A stretch of DNA of 64,000 nucleotides from TPA_inf: Saccharomyces (lineage: Eukaryota), in the NCBI GenBank assembly GCA_000146045.2, contig BK006949.2, positions 320,001 through 384,000 on the forward strand, read 5' to 3'. How positions within the stretch are numbered: position 1 is the stretch's first letter; each line of letters opens with the position of its first letter. A program made the position numbers and the translations under genes. Of this stretch, positions 1-12,099 are shown in pieces. The notes under the pieces are model-generated. The model saw nothing but the letters and a program-made list of their open reading frames with translations. It searched no databases and was not told the origin of the DNA.

Positions 1-767
1 TAGTCTCGCATATCTTGTAACATAATTCTTTGTGTTTCGCTTAATGCATCGATTTTATAGGCTTTGCCAACTTCCAATGCGCCTAACATGAAAATAAAAT
101 GTAAAACATCGACTAAATCCATTTTGGACGTTTCGATCATTTTTAAATATTGCAATAATAATGTCCATAATTGGGAGTTGATTTCTTGTAAAAGAAATTG
201 GAAGCCTTCATTAGTGATTTTGAACTCTCCAGTAGAGTTTACCTCTTCCATTAGTTTACTGTGTTTTAAAAGGTTCAGTACTTTTTCAGATGGGATTTTA
301 GCGAGGGGAGTGCCAACCATGAAATGTAATATTGTTTCCCATTTATTAGCTGAATATTCATCCAACAAGTCCAGGCTAACTACGTTTTCCTCTACAACCA
401 CACCGAATGAGTTTTGAACTTCCCCACCCGTTAATGCGTTCCTCAGGCTGATTTTGAATGTTGGGTTTAGGTTGATCATCAAAGTACCAGATGATTTATT
501 TGGTATAAGAAGATGCAAAGACTTCATCGATTTGATTGCATTCTGAAACTGCAATTTACCATTAGAGTTAACCCATTTATCTAAATCCAACAAAGGTACT
601 TCATTTTCGTTGAAAACCATTGCCATGATAAAAAATTTAGCTAGTGGTGGTAAAATTCTATAGATAGCCAGACATGTAGCTGGTGAGGTATAAAGCCTAT
701 TTTGAACTTGTTGAGGAATTTCTTCCAAATACTGAGTGACCGAATGCTTCAGGGAATAGTCACTCAT
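1..767 (-). CDS. TFB2: TFIIH core subunit Tfb2 (p52), N-terminal part only. The gene continues beyond the window start.
   Basis: The reverse complement from the ATG at 765-767 translates to MSDYSLKHSVTQYLEEIPQQVQNRLYTSPATCLAIYRILPPLAKFF, which matches Tfb2. There is no in-frame stop before position 1. The ORF track does not list it because it is truncated by the window edge. Confidence 0.85.
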   Translation of the reverse strand, partial: MSDYSLKHSVTQYLEEIPQQVQNRLYTSPATCLAIYRILPPLAKFFIMAMVFNENEVPLLDLDKWVNSNGKLQFQNAIKSMKSLHLLIPNKSSGTLMINLNPTFKISLRNALTGGEVQNSFGVVVEENVVSLDLLDEYSANKWETILHFMVGTPLAKIPSEKVLNLLKHSKLMEEVNSTGEFKITNEGFQFLLQEINSQLWTLLLQYLKMIETSKMDLVDVLHFIFMLGALEVGKAYKIDALSETQRIMLQDMRD

Positions 768-961
768 TATATTGTTCACTTCTTCCCTTTGATGGTGGCT
801 TTTAATGCTAAGTTACTAGTATTGTATTCTGACGATGAAGTTAGGTTATATGTGAATATATGATGGTGCGTAATTTGCGCTACAACAAAAAAATACATTC
901 GTTTTTTCAGTAATCGCGTACCTAATAGAAATGCAAGATGAATAAACGTTTTACGCATTTT

Positions 962-1630
962 TCATTGTGGAAAGATTAAGCTGTAGTCAAGTTTTAACCT
1001 AGTGCATAGTTCAGCCATTCCAAAATCTTTCCCTTCGCTATCATGCAGCACCTTATTCAATTTTTCCAGCTCCGCTATTTTTTTTTTTTCCAACTCTTTC
1101 AGCTGTTCATTCATTTGACTCTCCCACTCTTGTTTCTCAACTTCTGAAAGTTGTCTAAAGTCATCACTTTCCTTTATTTCACAGATTTGATCTTCCATAC
1201 CGTTGTCAATCTGATATTCCAATCTTCTCTTTTTAGCCTCCATTTCTTTTTCTAGAAAATCTTTATAGCCGCCCATTCTATTGATTTTGATTAAAGTGGA
1301 ATTTAAAATAAAAGACAGTTCCATCTCACAAATTGTCCTCCATTTTTCTATGGATTTTCTGTTCTCAATGATCTTGTTTTCGCTGAGAATTTTACAAGCC
1401 TGCTGTAAGTGATTATTTTCTTGCCTGAGAAGAGTAAGTTGTTTCGTTAACTCCCTATTTTTTATCGCAATTTCCTTCTGGTTCGTAGGCTTCTTCAAGT
1501 CCTTAATACCGCTTTTACCGACCCGATAGTTATTAGTGTCCTTTTTTGTATAAGAATGGTTGATGCAAGTATTTTCTTCTTCGTTCACCAAAGTTTTGTC
1601 CTTGTCTAGCCACTCTTCCTGATTGTGCAT
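962..1630 (-). CDS. MEI5: Meiosis-specific Dmc1 accessory factor Mei5 (YPL121C), 222 aa
   Basis: Complete 222-aa ORF in the track. It is coiled-coil and K/E-rich. It sits between TFB2 and VPS30 as expected from synteny. Tandem URS1 elements lie 120-150 bp upstream. Confidence 0.8.
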   Translation of the reverse strand: MHNQEEWLDKDKTLVNEEENTCINHSYTKKDTNNYRVGKSGIKDLKKPTNQKEIAIKNRELTKQLTLLRQENNHLQQACKILSENKIIENRKSIEKWRTICEMELSFILNSTLIKINRMGGYKDFLEKEMEAKKRRLEYQIDNGMEDQICEIKESDDFRQLSEVEKQEWESQMNEQLKELEKKKIAELEKLNKVLHDSEGKDFGMAELCTRLKLDYSLIFPQ

Positions 1631-1749
1631 TACTATTAGATAACTGTAATTTGGTGCTTTTCCTGGAAAGTATACTTGTGATGTGGAAGTATTTTAAGTT
1701 CAAGTTTCTTGTTTTCTTTCCTATTTATGCGGAAGGTACATAGAAGTTT

Positions 1750-1778
1750 GGGCGGCTAATACTTTTTCCGCGGCTAAT
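1750..1778. promoter_or_regulatory. Tandem URS1 (Ume6) early-meiotic elements in the MEI5 promoter
   Basis: GGGCGGCTAAT at about 1750-1760 and CCGCGGCTAAT at about 1768-1778. The consensus core is GGCGGCTA. They sit about 120-150 bp upstream of the MEI5 ATG at 1630, in the MEI5/VPS30 divergent region. Confidence 0.6.
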
Positions 1779-2070
1779 CCTATAGTAAAATGATCACTTT
1801 CATATAGAAAGTTGGTATATAAAGTGTCAACTAAGAGAGAAATAGTTCGAACCAGGTGTATTTTAAATCAACTATCGGGAAGTATGGACTGGTGGTATAA
1901 TCGAATTACATAGTCCTTTTACCTTCATTAGTAGTACTTAAGTGTCACCCGCCTGGGGATTTTGCTCTCATAGAAGTAAAAGGGTAGTGCTATGGGAGCA
2001 CATTAGGTAGTTCAGTTACGTTTTATGGCAGTCACTGTTTTCGCAAAGACTCCCAGACACGGGCATTAAA

Positions 2071-3744
2071 ATGAAGTGCCAAACATGTCACTTACCCCTG
2101 CAACTAGACCCATCTTTAGAAGGTCTTAGTTTAACCCAAAGAAATTTGCTACTTTCAAATAATTCAATTATCACTGCAACGAATGAAAATGTCATCAGCA
2201 ACAAGGGCATCGAAGCCGCAGATAATTGTGGGCCTCAAATACCGAAGGAGAGGCTGAGGCGATTAGGGGAGATTCAGAACATAAAAGACTTGAATTTAAA
2301 AGATGATAAATTAATCACTGATTCGTTTGTTTTTCTTAATCACGATGATGATGATAATGCTAATATTACGAGTAATAGCAGAGAGGACCAGCGTTATGGA
2401 AATGCCAACGGAAATGATAATAAAAAAGCTAATAGTGATACTTCCGATGGAACCAGTACCTTTCGAGATCATGACGAAGAGGAACAAGAAGCTACGGATG
2501 AGGACGAAAACCAACAAATACAATTGAATTCCAAGACTTTGTCCACACAAGTCAACGCAATGACTAATGTATTTAACATTCTATCTTCTCAAACAAACAT
2601 AGACTTTCCTATCTGTCAGGACTGCTGTAACATCTTGATAAACAGACTAAAAAGTGAGTATGATGATGCAATAAAAGAGAGAGATACTTACGCTCAATTT
2701 TTATCGAAGTTAGAGAGTCAAAACAAAGAAATATCAGAAAGCAATAAAGAAAAGCAGTATTCCCATAATCTTTCGGAAAAAGAAAATTTGAAAAAGGAAG
2801 AGGAAAGACTCTTGGATCAATTATTACGTTTGGAAATGACAGATGATGACTTAGATGGAGAACTAGTTCGTTTACAAGAAAAGAAAGTTCAACTGGAAAA
2901 TGAGAAACTCCAAAAACTGAGTGATCAGAATTTAATGGATTTAAATAACATTCAATTCAACAAAAATTTACAGTCATTAAAACTGCAATACGAATTATCC
3001 TTGAATCAATTAGATAAGTTGAGGAAAATCAATATTTTCAATGCTACATTCAAAATCTCACATAGCGGCCCCTTTGCCACTATAAATGGATTGAGATTAG
3101 GCAGTATACCAGAATCAGTGGTACCTTGGAAGGAAATCAATGCAGCACTGGGCCAATTGATTCTTTTACTGGCTACCATAAACAAAAACCTGAAGATAAA
3201 TTTAGTAGACTACGAATTACAACCGATGGGTTCATTTTCCAAAATCAAGAAAAGAATGGTTAACAGTGTCGAATATAATAATTCCACTACGAACGCTCCC
3301 GGTGATTGGTTGATTCTGCCTGTCTACTATGATGAGAATTTCAATTTGGGGAGAATCTTCCGCAAGGAAACGAAGTTTGATAAATCATTAGAAACAACAT
3401 TAGAAATAATAAGCGAAATCACTCGGCAGCTTTCTACGATAGCGTCATCATATTCATCTCAAACACTCACAACAAGCCAAGATGAATCTTCAATGAATAA
3501 CGCAAATGACGTTGAAAATAGTACTTCCATTCTCGAGCTACCCTATATCATGAATAAGGACAAGATTAATGGATTATCCGTCAAATTGCATGGTAGCAGT
3601 CCCAACCTTGAATGGACAACGGCTATGAAATTTTTATTAACCAATGTAAAGTGGTTGTTAGCGTTTTCTTCCAATTTACTATCCAAGTCAATTACCTTAA
3701 GCCCTACAGTGAATTACAATGATAAGACCATCAGCGGAAACTAA
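2071..3744 (+). CDS. VPS30: Beclin-1 ortholog, PI3-kinase complex subunit Vps30/Atg6 (YPL120W), 557 aa
   Basis: 557-aa ORF starting MKCQTCHLPLQLDPSLEGLS. It has a coiled-coil central region and a BARA-like C-terminus. The length and sequence match Vps30. Confidence 0.9.
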   Translation: MKCQTCHLPLQLDPSLEGLSLTQRNLLLSNNSIITATNENVISNKGIEAADNCGPQIPKERLRRLGEIQNIKDLNLKDDKLITDSFVFLNHDDDDNANITSNSREDQRYGNANGNDNKKANSDTSDGTSTFRDHDEEEQEATDEDENQQIQLNSKTLSTQVNAMTNVFNILSSQTNIDFPICQDCCNILINRLKSEYDDAIKERDTYAQFLSKLESQNKEISESNKEKQYSHNLSEKENLKKEEERLLDQLLRLEMTDDDLDGELVRLQEKKVQLENEKLQKLSDQNLMDLNNIQFNKNLQSLKLQYELSLNQLDKLRKINIFNATFKISHSGPFATINGLRLGSIPESVVPWKEINAALGQLILLLATINKNLKINLVDYELQPMGSFSKIKKRMVNSVEYNNSTTNAPGDWLILPVYYDENFNLGRIFRKETKFDKSLETTLEIISEITRQLSTIASSYSSQTLTTSQDESSMNNANDVENSTSILELPYIMNKDKINGLSVKLHGSSPNLEWTTAMKFLLTNVKWLLAFSSNLLSKSITLSPTVNYNDKTISGN

Positions 3745-4023
3745 GTAGTTCATATAAATGCATTTTTTCATAAATGTGATAAAGGGAAAATTTCTTTTTC
3801 CACTTGAAAGATATGTACGTATTTAAGAACTGATCTTCTTGACCACTTTTTTTATGCGTGCAACTTTAAATGCTTTCATACATTTCCTTGGTCTTTCATC
3901 AGATGATATGCCAGATATCAACAATTATAGACCTAATATAACATTGAGTTATTTTTTACACGTATAATAATAACTCCTTCTCCGGCAATGAATATTTTGC
4001 TTCCAAATTGCAAAATTCAAGAT

Positions 4024-4287
4024 TTAATTATAAAAACTCTGAAGTAATAGACCACCTATTTCAAAAATATTCCGTATTTTTCCCTCTCTATAAAAACAAA
4101 GGGCTTCCAAAATATCCATTCCAATAAACGGTAAACTCACCCATTTATGATTGGGACAAGAGCAAAAAAAAAGGAAATTGGGAAAAAAAAAGAGAAAGAA
4201 AGCAACAGAATAAAGGGAACTTGATAAAACTGAAGTACCGTGGGTCAAGTAGCGTGAAAGAGTCAATTCATCGACTAATGGATGCAT
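4024..4287 (-). CDS. Small 87-aa ORF in the VPS30/DBP1 convergent intergenic region, possibly YPL119C-A
   Basis: 87-aa ORF between the VPS30 stop (3744) and the DBP1 stop (4411). A small ORF, YPL119C-A, is annotated at this position in S288C. The sequence is hydrophobic and F-rich. There is no independent support from the sequence alone. Confidence 0.3.
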   Translation of the reverse strand: MHPLVDELTLSRYLTHGTSVLSSSLYSVAFFLFFFPNFLFFCSCPNHKWVSLPFIGMDILEALCFYREGKIRNIFEIGGLLLQSFYN

Positions 4288-4410
4288 AAAACGTATGACT
4301 GTATAGTACTGGAGTGAAAACGAAGAGATAAAGAAAGGAAAAAGGGAGATTAATAAAAAGAAAAAAATTAAAGGAGTTCTATATTTGGATTAGTCTTTTA
4401 TTCTTTCTGC

Positions 4411-6285
<1,875 letters not shown>

Positions 6286-6612
6286 TCAAAGGGGTTTTTC
6301 TTAAAATATCCTTTAACTGACACTACCGATATCTTTTATAATCATGAATAATCCTTGTTATAAAATAAAGGCATTACTTCAGAGATGACCTTAAGTAACC
6401 TTCCCTTAAAATTGTTAAAGAACTCGCGGGGTAATATTTACGTTGACAGTGATATTTGTTTTGAGAAATCAAAGAATGAAGAACTTAGATGTAGAGTTAA
6501 AGGAGCAATACGAATAGGTGCCGTGATGAAGAAAAAAAATCATACAGACATTTGCTACAACCCTTGGTGAGACTGTTTCGATCATTTTTCTTTTTCTTTT
6601 TCTTTATTTTAG

Positions 6613-7662
<1,050 letters not shown>

Positions 7663-7863
7663 GAAGAGAAAAAAAAAATGTGAACAATCAATGTATATTC
7701 AGAGTTCTGTAAATAAATAAAGAAAATAAAGTTTACATATTACTAAGGATTTTTGTCGCCTATTTTTACTATTTTTCAGGTGAAATGAAACGTTTTATAT
7801 CACATTTTGCTATGATAACAAAGTTATTATGATTTTTATGTAGCCTATATTATTGACGCGTTG

Positions 7864-8730
7864 TTATAGCATTCTATGAATTTGCCTGTCATTTTCCACT
7901 TCAGAAAGGTCATCTAATTGCTCCCACCAGTTGAATAAGTAATTCTCGCAAATAATCTTAAACCAAGGCGTAAACTTGTAACTTGGGTCAGCAAACATAG
8001 TTTTCAAATCATTTGGTGAAACCCATTTGAAGTCTCTAACTTCATTGACGTTTGGGTTGACAGTCAAGTTTTCTTTAGCGTTGATCTTATAAAATAGGAT
8101 GTAATCAATTTCATGTTCACCCCATGGTTCATTGCTTGGTGCCATGTAATGGATTCTGTTTAAAAAGTGAAACTTACCCCTTGTCTTAGTTTCATCTTCT
8201 GGAATACCTAATTCATGATCTAGTTTTCTCACCGCCGCAGTAATAGCGCCCTTAATCTTATCGTCTAGCTTACCCTTCAAACCTAATTCGTCATCAATAC
8301 ATAGTGGATGAGAGCAGCATGTGTTAGTCCAAAGATCAGGGAAAGTTATTTTTTCAGTGGCTCTTTGTTGTAAAAGTAATTCACCTTGTTCATTGAAAAT
8401 AAAGACGGAGAATGCACGATGTAGTAAACCCTTTTCAATATTTTCCATTAAATGACAAACTTTCTTGGTACCGGCACCAATAGCATTATCGTCCCAATCC
8501 AAAACAATACAATTTTCATTCATTAACTTAATTTGCTCCTCATCATGACCAGAAAAACATGTTTCTCCGCTTTCGTCATTTGACGTCTCACTAGATCGGG
8601 TATTAGGTCTTTGTTGTAATGGAATAATTTCAGGAAACTCTTCCAAAATGTCTTCAGGTGTTTGGTTTTGCACTAATTTGGCGTAACTAGATACTGCACC
8701 ATGGGGCATACTATTGTTGTCGGCAGTCAT
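7864..8730 (-). CDS. IDI1: Isopentenyl-diphosphate delta-isomerase Idi1 (YPL117C), 288 aa
   Basis: The first ATG is at 8728-8730 ([23 protein letters not shown]). It is a Nudix-type IPP isomerase with NTCCSHP and EHEIDYIL motifs. The track ORF extends 16 codons upstream from a non-ATG start. Confidence 0.9.
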
Positions 8731-9605
8731 TGAGGTGTAATGAATTTTTGGCTTATTTTTACTCTTCCTGTATTCCAAATACGAATACTCTAATATTGAA
8801 TTAAGTGGGATATACGCCTTCTTGTCACTAGAAAACTGTTTCCTGTTAAATAGATAAAAATGAATAAATAAATATAAATGGAGTTAAGACCGAAAAAGAA
8901 AGGCAACCCCCATCGACAAGAAAAGAGTTATGAATAATCATGTTTCTTAATAACAATTAAAGGGAAAAGAATCGGCTGGGCATCGTCATTGCGAAACTGT
9001 TGACTGGAAAAATTTCAATCACAATTAAGTTTTGTCCATTTCGTTCCAGCAAGAACGGAAACTTTTACCGATAGCAGCGGAAAAAAAGAAAAAAGAAAAA
9101 AAAAAGAAATTAATATAGGCAAAATAGCCGCATGAAGCCCTTAATAACCTATACTATTCTGTGACTGTTATTTATTTACCCTCGTAATATTAAAAATGTC
9201 CTATACAATTTCTGTAATAAAACCTAATTTTTTTAGGACCCTTGAGTGTTACCCTGCTCATGTTTTTATTTTTGTTTTAGAGAAATGTAAACAACAGTTT
9301 GGGAAAGTTTCAAGAATTGTAAACAACTAATCAAGGGATAATACTATTTTACTCTTTCCTTTAAACATGAAGAACTATTTTTTGTTTACGTTTTTTTCTG
9401 AATTGAACAATAAGATCTTGTTAATTTTTTTATCGCTTGATCTATTATCAGATCTTCTCTTTTGAAAAACTAGTCCTTTTCCAAATTACAAACTTTCTTT
9501 TCGTGTGGAGTTGATCAGTTCAGTTTCTCCAATACTTCTTAAGTCACTGAAAATATAACGAAAAAAAGGGCTCTGGAAGTAAACAGAGAAATTCGACGAT
9601 ATAAT

Positions 9606-11699
9606 ATGTCTTCCAAGCATTCAGATCCATTGGAGAGATTTTATAAGCAATTTCAAGCATTTGTTCAAAATAACCCTAATGTCATATCGGCAGCTCGAGC
9701 TGCCGCACAAATACCGGAATCTGCAAAAGCTGTTGTAGTACTATCCCCATATTCTTTACAGCATGTGTTCCCGAGAGAATGGGTAACAAAATCGTATAGG
9801 AAAACTATAGTCGAACGACCAGAAAGATTATTAGCAAGCTCGATGGGTATATCAGCTGCGATTACAATGTATCCATCCCTTTTCACCTTGAAATCCTCGC
9901 ATCAAAGGAAAGGTTCATTGATGGCACCTCATGTGCTTAAAGTTCATGGCAGTAGCTGGCCGGCTGAGTTAATTGAACTTTGCCAAATGGCAGATGCTAA
10001 ATTGCTAAAAGGCGAAATCGAAGTCCCAGATACTTGGAACTCAGGTGATATATACTTGAGCTCAAAGACAATTAAAGCTCTACAGGGAACAATTGGGGCC
10101 ATTGAAACTGGTGTTGACTCAATTTTCAAAGGACCATCTGCAGAACATATTAGTAACAGAGCTTTTGTTGCTATACGGCCTCCTGGTCATCATTGCCACT
10201 ATGGTACACCATCCGGCTTTTGTCTGTTAAACAATGCACATGTAGCCATAGAATATGCGTATGATACTTACAACGTCACGCATGTTGTCGTGCTTGATTT
10301 CGATCTACACCACGGTGATGGGACCCAAGACATTTGCTGGAAACGTGCGGGTTTCAAACCTGAGGAGGAACCTGAAGATTCATCTTATGATGATTTTGGT
10401 AAGAAATTTGCCGAATTTCCCAAAGTCGGTTATTTTTCTATGCATGATATAAATTCATTTCCAACAGAGTCGGGATTTGCCACAAAGGAGAACATTAAAA
10501 ATGCATCTACCTGTATCATGAACTCTCATGACCTAAACATCTGGAATATTCACTTATCCAAATGGACAACCGAAGAAGAATTCAATGTATTATACAGGAC
10601 AAAATATAGAACTTTATTTGCTAAAGCAGATGAATTTTTCAGGAGCGCAAAACTAGAAATGAATCAACAAGGGAGACCATTCAAAGGTTTGGTTGTCATA
10701 AGCGCAGGTTTCGATGCATCAGAATTTGAGCAAACTTCAATGCAAAGGCATAGTGTCAACGTTCCTACAAGTTTTTATACAACGTTCACCAAAGATGCAT
10801 TGAAATTAGCACAAATGCACTGTCATGGCAAAGTTTTGTCTCTAATGGAGGGTGGATATTCTGATAAAGCTATATGTTCTGGTGTTTTCGCACATTTGAT
10901 CGGTTTACAAAACCAAGATTGGGTTAAAGAATGGGGGTCTGAACAAGTCGTTAAAGAGATTGTTCGTGGTTGCAAACCGGCTTGGAAACCCTATAAGACA
11001 AAAAGAGCAAAAGATGTCATAAGAATATGGGCAGAAGAAGTTATCAGGCTGGGACGAGCAATGATACCGGAATTCGATGATATCATTTTTAAAGACGCAG
11101 TTAACAGCGCACCTTCTAATTCTCTACTAAAGGCTACTGTCGAACCAGCATCCACGTCGACAATTGCTCAAAGAATAATCAGATCTCATAGAAGCAACGC
11201 TTCCCCAGAAAAAGAACTTCATGAAAACAAGCCGAGAAGCACGGAAAAACAGGAACAAAGGGAAATTAGAAGCGATACCAAGGTCAAGCAGCTCTCGTCA
11301 AATAATAGAGCAGCTGAAACCCAAATTCCGTTTTTGCAACAAGAATTTTCCAGTGAGGATGAAGATGAAGAATACGTTTACGATGAAGAATTGAACAAAA
11401 CTTTCAATCGCACGGTGGAGGATATTACCATTGATGATATTTCTAGACATTTGGAGACCTTAGAAATTGAAAAAAAAGGTGATGAAGATTCAGACCATGA
11501 GCTAAAAGAAAAAAATTGGAAAAACTCGCACCAACGCCGTCTACAAGGTAATGGAATGTATAAAATTCCCTCCAATACGAAACCGCATCGCATAAGACAG
11601 CCTCAAAACGCAAATACACCAACTTATGACGATAGTGATATATCAATGATTTCTCATGTTTCAAGAAAACATACAACAAGAAGTGGTGGAAGATGGTGA
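9606..11699 (+). CDS. HOS3: Class II-like histone deacetylase Hos3 (YPL116W), 697 aa
   Basis: 697-aa ORF from the ATG at 9606. HDAC catalytic motifs are present: IRPPGHH and VVLDFDLHHGDGTQ. Confidence 0.9.
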   Translation: MSSKHSDPLERFYKQFQAFVQNNPNVISAARAAAQIPESAKAVVVLSPYSLQHVFPREWVTKSYRKTIVERPERLLASSMGISAAITMYPSLFTLKSSHQRKGSLMAPHVLKVHGSSWPAELIELCQMADAKLLKGEIEVPDTWNSGDIYLSSKTIKALQGTIGAIETGVDSIFKGPSAEHISNRAFVAIRPPGHHCHYGTPSGFCLLNNAHVAIEYAYDTYNVTHVVVLDFDLHHGDGTQDICWKRAGFKPEEEPEDSSYDDFGKKFAEFPKVGYFSMHDINSFPTESGFATKENIKNASTCIMNSHDLNIWNIHLSKWTTEEEFNVLYRTKYRTLFAKADEFFRSAKLEMNQQGRPFKGLVVISAGFDASEFEQTSMQRHSVNVPTSFYTTFTKDALKLAQMHCHGKVLSLMEGGYSDKAICSGVFAHLIGLQNQDWVKEWGSEQVVKEIVRGCKPAWKPYKTKRAKDVIRIWAEEVIRLGRAMIPEFDDIIFKDAVNSAPSNSLLKATVEPASTSTIAQRIIRSHRSNASPEKELHENKPRSTEKQEQREIRSDTKVKQLSSNNRAAETQIPFLQQEFSSEDEDEEYVYDEELNKTFNRTVEDITIDDISRHLETLEIEKKGDEDSDHELKEKNWKNSHQRRLQGNGMYKIPSNTKPHRIRQPQNANTPTYDDSDISMISHVSRKHTTRSGGRW

Positions 11700-12099
11700 T
11701 ACCAATGCATATATAATGTTGTCTTGAACCCACTAAAGAAGTGACGCATATATTACTTTTTTGTATTTAGTAACACAATTTTTCTATTTTTATATTTCCT
11801 TGTATAGTTAGTAATTTTAATTTTTTTCCTTCTTTATCTCAGCTCTTCGACCATTTGGTCAAGAAGTTAGTTTTTTTCTCTTATTTTATTTGACAATATA
11901 CTAATTTTATTATATGGTATTGTAAATAACATTTGAGGAATAAAAAGACAGTCACTCTATAAGCTTTATCAGCCTGACATTTTTTTATTATTACAAATAT
12001 ATCGTTGAAAGAAAGAAGCCTCTATACATCTCGCCCTCTTTCTATCATTAAATCAATGGAGGTTTACTGGCAACGTTATATTTCTACAATTTTAGACCA

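Noticed and set aside
64-417. 117-aa plus-strand ORF at the window start
   Set aside because: It lies antisense to the TFB2 coding region, which translates cleanly on the minus strand. The ORF is low-complexity and has no recognisable domain. It is an antisense-frame artefact.
2311-2550. Numerous 60-140-aa ORFs nested inside or antisense to large genes. Examples are 2311-2550, 5201-5452, 12782-13033, 20118-20695, 21192-23358, 31616-32282, 33257-34546, 52075-52854 and 59361-60227.
   Set aside because: All lie in alternate frames or antisense to well-supported genes. They have biased, low-complexity translations typical of chance ORFs in AT-rich or repeat-encoding DNA.
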